Virus record (IMG/VR): IMGVR_UViG_3300027763_000027
Location: 64,001 to 128,000 of that record
DNA from: a virus
Reading direction: 5' to 3' (one strand)
DNA: 64,000 nt
Part shown: positions 59,536 through 64,000 of the stretch, in pieces
Position numbering within the stretch: the stretch's first letter is position 1
How the letters are laid out: every line of letters begins with the position of its first letter
Program-made: the position numbers and the translations under genes
The notes under the pieces: generated by a model
The model's database searches: none
Told to the model about the DNA's origin: nothing
Seen by the model: the letters and a program-made list of their open reading frames with translations, nothing else

Positions 59536-59894
59536 TACTCCTTTATTTTTCGCTATTGTATTAAGCATTGTTTTTGCTATTTATATATATTTTAGCTACA
59601 ATGAATAAGATAATTAATTATATTATATGGATAGCTTTTGGCCTTATTATATTTGGCTTATTAAGATTATTTTTATGAGCTTTGCACGAGATATACTAAC
59701 AAATAAACCTGTAATATGCTTTGATGAATTGCTACTAGCTAAATATGAAATAGATAATAGTGTAATAAGAGATAGTGAAGATACTAAAGAGTCTAGTTAA
59801 TATAGTTTTGTTTTTCTTATTATTTCCTCTGATATTATTAAGTGATATGATAAATGATGATTGACATAATTTTAATTTGGGTTATAGTTGGTTT

Positions 59895-60269
59895 ATGAAA
59901 TTCGAAGTAAAAGATACTACTCCAACTAATACAATTAAGCTTCATTATCCTCATATCTTATTAAAGATTATTTTTGGATTTCACGACTTTAATCTTGAAG
60001 CTAAAGCGTTTGTTAGATTAAACTCTATTCAGCGTGATGAAGTTGGGAAACTTATCATATCTAAAGAAGATAAAAATGATATTATATCTAAAGTCAAGAA
60101 AAAAATGTCAAAAAAGTTTAATGGCACTTTTCCTAAAGCATTAAAGTATTGTTCTATATATTCTAATAAAATACAAGATTATAGCACCCCTAATGGCACT
60201 CGTTATTTAGAAAGCTGGATTATATCTAAAACATATAATGATAAGAATCAATTAGTAGAGTGTTTTTGA
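59895..60269 (+). CDS. Hypothetical protein
   Basis: TTGACA...TATAGT-N6-ATG. Confidence 0.6.
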   Translation: MKFEVKDTTPTNTIKLHYPHILLKIIFGFHDFNLEAKAFVRLNSIQRDEVGKLIISKEDKNDIISKVKKKMSKKFNGTFPKALKYCSIYSNKIQDYSTPNGTRYLESWIISKTYNDKNQLVECF

Positions 60270-60304
60270 TTTGACATATATTTAATTTACTATATTATTA
60301 GCCT

Positions 60305-60757
60305 ATGAAGCTAATTAATACCACCTCATATTGTTCTGAAAAGTTAAAAGAAATTATCAAATGGTGTATGCCAGAAGGCGTATTCCTTAAAGACATTAGA
60401 AAGATAGATTTTGGTAATACTAAATTAAATTGGCATGGCAGGGCTTGGGGAAGCATGAGAGTGCATATTGGTGTGCCACGATACGGCAAGTATATTCGTC
60501 CTTATAATACAGGAGGCAGAAGAGGCTATTTAAGTGTTGAAACATATAGCTGGGAAGAAGGTTTAATTGAATTAATTGCTCATGAATTAAGACATATATA
60601 TCAATGGAAAAAAGGTAAGTATTATCATGGTATTAAAAAGATAAGAAAATATAACATGGGTACACGAGCTAAATTATGTGAAGTAGATGCTAGTTTATAT
60701 GCTAAGAGAAAAGTAAGAGAGTATAGAAAAAGTAATTTTAAATTAAATTTGGTTTGA
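60305..60757 (+). CDS. Putative zinc metallopeptidase-like protein
   Basis: LIAHELRHIYQ (HExxH) with downstream CEVDA. Confidence 0.7.
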   Translation: MKLINTTSYCSEKLKEIIKWCMPEGVFLKDIRKIDFGNTKLNWHGRAWGSMRVHIGVPRYGKYIRPYNTGGRRGYLSVETYSWEEGLIELIAHELRHIYQWKKGKYYHGIKKIRKYNMGTRAKLCEVDASLYAKRKVREYRKSNFKLNLV

Positions 60758-60758
60758 C

Positions 60759-60891
60759 ATAAGTAGTTGATTATTATATAGTTACGTGGGCGGGCTCCCC
60801 GCGCGCGCAAGTCGTTGATAGGTAAGCATTTACACAACAACAGTAAAAAACTTTAACAGGATTGGCAAGTGTCTGATAATCAGAATCTTAT
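60759..60891. repeat. Three 27-bp imperfect palindromes; first two separated by a GC-rich spacer
   Basis: 60759 ATAAGTAGTTGATTATTATATAGTTAC; 60807 GCAAGTCGTTGATAGGTAAGCATTTAC; 60865 GCAAGTGTCTGATAATCAGAATCTTAT. Confidence 0.7.
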
Positions 60892-60941
60892 GATACGAAA
60901 AAAGTTCTTGTCATAGTTTAAAAGTGTGGTATGATTAACAT

Positions 60942-61799
60942 ATGGCTAGAACAACAAAACCCGCTCAAAGTGTATACGATTTCGATGTACACCAAGAGCC
61001 ACTCCTCACAACAGACGGCAAGAGGACAGGATACTTCGGGATGGTACGCCGTGATACCCCCGAACCCATGACGCTCGGAGTTTGCACCGAGCAGTATGGT
61101 GTGGTGAAGAATGCAGACCTCGTAACGATGGTCGAAGAGTCGCTAGCGCAGAACAGTATGCTCGCCAATCACAACTCCAAAAAGTTTGTGGTTCGTGATG
61201 GATCCCGTTTCTATGCTAGCTATGACTTCCCTGAGTTCAAAACTCAGTTGAAGCCAGTTGGCAAACGTGCGGTTGGTGATGTGCTTGGTTTGAGATTGAC
61301 TGTTAACAACAGTTATGATCGCTCCAGTCGCGTTTCCCTCTCGCTTGGCTTCCTCCGTTTGGTTTGTTTGAACGGAATGAAGTCGTTGACCAAAGAGTTC
61401 AGCATGACGAAGAGACACACTCTCGCCGTGAATCTGGATTTTATTGGTGATGCATTGGCAAACGCACTCTCCAGTGTTGATACCTCTGTAGCAATCTTCA
61501 ACAGGTTGGCGCAGAAGGCAATCACTGATGAGCAGGGTTTGACATTGCTCACTAAGCTGGAAGAGAAGGCTGTCATCTCTGCTAAGGTGCGCGAAGGCAT
61601 CGAAGCAGTTTGGCGGAATCCTTCTTACGAGGAGGATCATGATCGCAACCTGTACAACTTGTACAACGCCACTACGCAGTTTTTAACTCGTAATGTCGCT
61701 GACGAGCGGTACGAGTATAGCGAGAGGGTCAGCACCGACTTGCTCAAAGTCTTCAGCGGAAAAACCCGCGACGAAGAGCTCCTGAAGCTGGTCGCCTAA
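60942..61799 (+). CDS. DUF932-family protein
   Basis: LGVCTEQYGVVKN, NSYDRS, RLVCLNGM, KRHT, NLYNLYNATTQF; markedly higher GC than flanks. Confidence 0.8.
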   Translation: MARTTKPAQSVYDFDVHQEPLLTTDGKRTGYFGMVRRDTPEPMTLGVCTEQYGVVKNADLVTMVEESLAQNSMLANHNSKKFVVRDGSRFYASYDFPEFKTQLKPVGKRAVGDVLGLRLTVNNSYDRSSRVSLSLGFLRLVCLNGMKSLTKEFSMTKRHTLAVNLDFIGDALANALSSVDTSVAIFNRLAQKAITDEQGLTLLTKLEEKAVISAKVREGIEAVWRNPSYEEDHDRNLYNLYNATTQFLTRNVADERYEYSERVSTDLLKVFSGKTRDEELLKLVA

Positions 61800-61817
61800 A
61801 CTAAAACGAAACTTTAA

Positions 61818-61859
61818 CAGAGGCGGAGGGCAAAACCCTCCGCTTCTTTTTGCTTTTTT
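61818..61859 (+). terminator. Rho-independent terminator
   Basis: AGAGGCGGAGGG-caaaa-CCCTCCGCTTCT followed by TTTTGCTTTTTT. Confidence 0.85.
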
Positions 61860-61869
61860 ATTGACATGC

Positions 61870-61944
61870 ATAAGTCGTTATCTATCAAGTATTTACAGCG
61901 CGAGGGACCCTGCGTTTGTAACTCGTTATCTATCAGAGGCTTAC
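61870..61944. repeat. Second pair of 27-bp imperfect palindromes with GC-rich spacer
   Basis: 61870 ATAAGTCGTTATCTATCAAGTATTTAC; 61918 GTAACTCGTTATCTATCAGAGGCTTAC; same 48-bp period as 60759/60807. Confidence 0.7.
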
Positions 61945-61983
61945 AACACTTGACATTTATATTATTTATGTTATAGTTATGAG

Positions 61984-62325
61984 ATGAAAGCAAAGCATAA
62001 AGTATATTATAACTTACATAAGAAGTGTCTTTCTATTATGCTTCGTGGAAAAGTATTAGAGCATAGCACAGAATTTTTTTTGCGTGATGTTGAGTTTAGA
62101 GTGAGTCAAGCAGGGCGCTCCAGGGTTCTAAAGGAACAAAGAAAGAATGTACACGCCTTTGTATGTGGGACTCCAGATGATGGTTGGCCTATTGACCAAA
62201 ATGAAAGAAAGGTAACCTATAATCCTTATAAGTATAACAGCTTTGTTTATTCTGATACCTTTGAACCAGTATATAAAGCAAAATGGGTTGGAGTTATTAA
62301 TAGAGATATTTTTGTCTTGAATTAA
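61984..62325 (+). CDS. Conserved hypothetical phage protein
   Basis: VYYNLHKKCLS...FRVSQAGRSRVLKEQRKNVHAFV...TYNPYK. Confidence 0.75.
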   Translation: MKAKHKVYYNLHKKCLSIMLRGKVLEHSTEFFLRDVEFRVSQAGRSRVLKEQRKNVHAFVCGTPDDGWPIDQNERKVTYNPYKYNSFVYSDTFEPVYKAKWVGVINRDIFVLN

Positions 62326-62350
62326 TCTAAAAGTATAGTAAGATTATCTA

Positions 62351-62506
62351 ATGGAAATCACTAAAGCCAAGAAACTAAAGGAGGGCGGTTACGCACTATA
62401 CGCAACTGACCCTAAAACTAAAACCGAAACCCAAGTTGGATATATTGGAGAAGGTCTGACTTTGGAAGCGTGGCTTCCTAAAGGAGTAAAAATTGAAAAC
62501 TCTTGA
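62351..62506 (+). CDS. Small hypothetical protein (below ORF-track cutoff)
   Basis: MEITKAKKLKEGGYALYATDP...IENS*. Confidence 0.55.
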   Translation: MEITKAKKLKEGGYALYATDPKTKTETQVGYIGEGLTLEAWLPKGVKIENS

Positions 62507-62879
62507 AGAAACATTTACTAGCAGAGGCTTTAAGTTCACGATGGTTGGTCGTGATGGCGATGTTGCTATCTATAAAAAGCGACTCGATGAACCAGACAGC
62601 GAAGCTTTTAACTATGAAGTGATTGCTATTAAGCGTCACAATGGATATGAGATTGCAGGTGTCAAGATGCCTCCTGCTGAAATGTATCCGTCCGATAGTC
62701 AATGGGGCGATTGGGCTTATACTTGTATTGATCGTGAAGATGCAGACAAGCGATTCGTTCAACTAAAAGAAAAACTATCAGCTTATGTTGCAACATCAAC
62801 TTTAGCTAATGGTGAGAAGCGTGGTCGTGGCCGTCCTCGCAAAATTGATTTGACAAAAACAGAACTTGTGGTATCATAA
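62493..62879 (+). CDS. Hypothetical protein with C-terminal AT-hook
   Basis: EMYPSDSQWG motif; KRGRGRPRK. Confidence 0.7.
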   Translation: MKTLEETFTSRGFKFTMVGRDGDVAIYKKRLDEPDSEAFNYEVIAIKRHNGYEIAGVKMPPAEMYPSDSQWGDWAYTCIDREDADKRFVQLKEKLSAYVATSTLANGEKRGRGRPRKIDLTKTELVVS

Positions 62880-62883
62880 CAAA

Positions 62884-63120
62884 ATGACATATAAATGTGC
62901 AGTAAGCGGTGAAGCACTTTCACCAGAGAGAGTTGAGGCTCTGCAAGTCCTCGGCGTTCCAGAGAGTCAATGGACAAAGAAAGAACATAGTCAAACAAAA
63001 AAACTACGAGCTGTATATGCTGGTGACGATGGCAGTAATGACATTGTTATTTGTGATGCAGTAGATGGTGGCTCGATGTTTGATAACGCAGTAGCGTTGG
63101 AGGTAGAAAATGAATCTTAA
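62884..63120 (+). CDS. DksA/TraR-like small protein (degenerate zinc finger)
   Basis: CAVSGEALSPERVEAL resembles CxxCGExIxxxRLEA. Confidence 0.45.
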   Translation: MTYKCAVSGEALSPERVEALQVLGVPESQWTKKEHSQTKKLRAVYAGDDGSNDIVICDAVDGGSMFDNAVALEVENES

Positions 63121-63268
63121 GTATATCGTTTTGCGAGACGGAATTCGTGTGAGTGAAGATATGCACACGAAGATTGAAGATGCTGAACACGAAGCGGAGT
63201 TTTGGCGTAAAGTCATTCGCTCGTGGCCTGATGGAACGAAAGTTACCATCAAGAAAATCGGCGGATAA
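63110..63268 (+). CDS. Small hypothetical protein (below ORF-track cutoff)
   Basis: MNLKYIVLRDGIRVS...FWRKVIRSWPDGTKV. Confidence 0.6.
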   Translation: MNLKYIVLRDGIRVSEDMHTKIEDAEHEAEFWRKVIRSWPDGTKVTIKKIGG

Positions 63269-63307
63269 CTTCGGAGGCTGACATTGAGCTACGGCTTAGT
63301 GTTGATT

Positions 63308-63398
63308 GCTAGGGTCGTCTAACTGGTTAAGACCCCACACTTATAATGTGGTCGCTCTAGATTTGGGCAAAATGTAGGTTCGAATCCTACCCCTAGTA
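63308..63398 (+). tRNA. tRNA with UAU anticodon (nominally Ile) and long variable arm
   Basis: Acceptor GCTAGGG/CCCTAGT plus A73; D stem GTCT/AGAC; anticodon stem CCACA/TGTGG with loop CT-TAT-AA; 22-nt variable region; T arm GTAGG-TTCGAAT-CCTAC. Confidence 0.85.
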
Positions 63399-63474
63399 TG
63401 TATTATATGTAAGTACTTAATGTTCAACCAATTATTTTTATTGACTATTTTTCTGATTCTTGTATATTAAACCT

Positions 63475-63678
63475 ATGACAAACAAAACAGCACCATTCTA
63501 TGTGATGAATGTGTTCGGTCAAGACCGAGCCGTTATCCTAAACACCTCAATCCGTATGTGTACGCCTAAAGAGACTTGTTCTCTTAAAGAATTGGAGAAC
63601 ATCTCCAAGGCTTTTGGAGTAGAGTTCTTTCAAGTACCAAAACCTTCTAGCTTCCCAGCGAAAGTAGTAGCTTCGTGA
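63475..63678 (+). CDS. Hypothetical protein
   Basis: TTGACT-N16-TATATT-N6-ATG. Confidence 0.6.
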   Translation: MTNKTAPFYVMNVFGQDRAVILNTSIRMCTPKETCSLKELENISKAFGVEFFQVPKPSSFPAKVVAS

Positions 63679-63683
63679 AAGAT

Positions 63684-63759
63684 GGGCTTGTAGCTCAATG
63701 GTTAGAGCAGAGCACTCATAATGCTTTGGTTGGGGGTTCAAGTCCCTCCGAGCCCACCA
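63684..63759 (+). tRNA. tRNA-CAU, probably Ile2 (lysidine-modified) rather than Met
   Basis: GGGCTTGTAGCTCAATGGTTAGAGCA...CT-CAT-AA...GGTTCAAGTCC...CGAGCCCACCA; 76 nt with encoded CCA; paired 1-72 and no GGG/CCC anticodon stem, so not an initiator. Confidence 0.9.
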
Positions 63760-63886
63760 CTTCTCCTTGTGCGGATTGGATGCTCAACTCTTATAGTAAG
63801 CATGCTGAGATAACTCAAGAAGATGTAGAATGGTATTTAAAAAACAAAAGCATTGACAACAAACAAAGATAGGATAAACTAAAACT

Positions 63887-64000
63887 ATGAAACTTATTAA
63901 ACAAAACCTCGGTGCCCATTGGGTCATCGGAATCAAAGGCAACAAGGACGAGATTGAGCAGTTCCACAATCGAGTCTATAACTGGGGCGGAACAAACGGA
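63887..64000 (+). CDS. Hypothetical protein, runs off the window end
   Basis: TTGACA-N16-TAAACT-N6-ATG; MKLIKQNLGAHWVIG... Confidence 0.6.
   Translation, partial: MKLIKQNLGAHWVIGIKGNKDEIEQFHNRVYNWGGTNG

Noticed and set aside
63675-63872. 65-aa ORF MKDGLVAQWLEQ...
   Set aside because: It is the translation of the tRNA-CAU gene.
1-64000. Stop-codon reassignment (alternative genetic code)
   Set aside because: Long conserved genes are intact under code 11, and TGA functions as a stop in many ATGA overlaps.

Overview
Segment of a large, AT-rich (roughly 28-30% GC by eye) tailed dsDNA bacteriophage genome, densely coding in standard code 11. Positions 1-16 kb lie mostly on the minus strand: a 1692-aa PA14/LamG adhesin, a phage tmRNA, nrdAB, a sigma-70-like factor and a dNMP kinase. 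From 16-30 kb there is a nucleotide-interconversion set (dCMP deaminase, GuaB/GuaC-family enzyme, PurA), a mucin-like Thr/Ser/Pro repeat protein and a seven-gene glycosyltransferase block. From 30-64 kb are plus-strand repair/replication genes (UvsE, EndoVII-like, HNH, ligase, rIIA/rIIB, RuvB-like), many small early-type genes and two tRNAs. Less obvious structure read from the sequence: (1) sigma70-type promoters ending 6 nt before ATG, implying leaderless mRNAs; (2) a second motif, GTGTAA-N8-ATG, in front of structural-type genes; (3) paired 27-bp imperfect palindromes with GC-rich spacers on both sides of a GC-rich DUF932-like gene; (4) three promoter-driven, ORF-free structured RNA candidates; (5) a UAU-anticodon tRNA with a long variable arm near a CAU (Ile2-type) tRNA. 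All family assignments come from motif recognition only; no database search was run.
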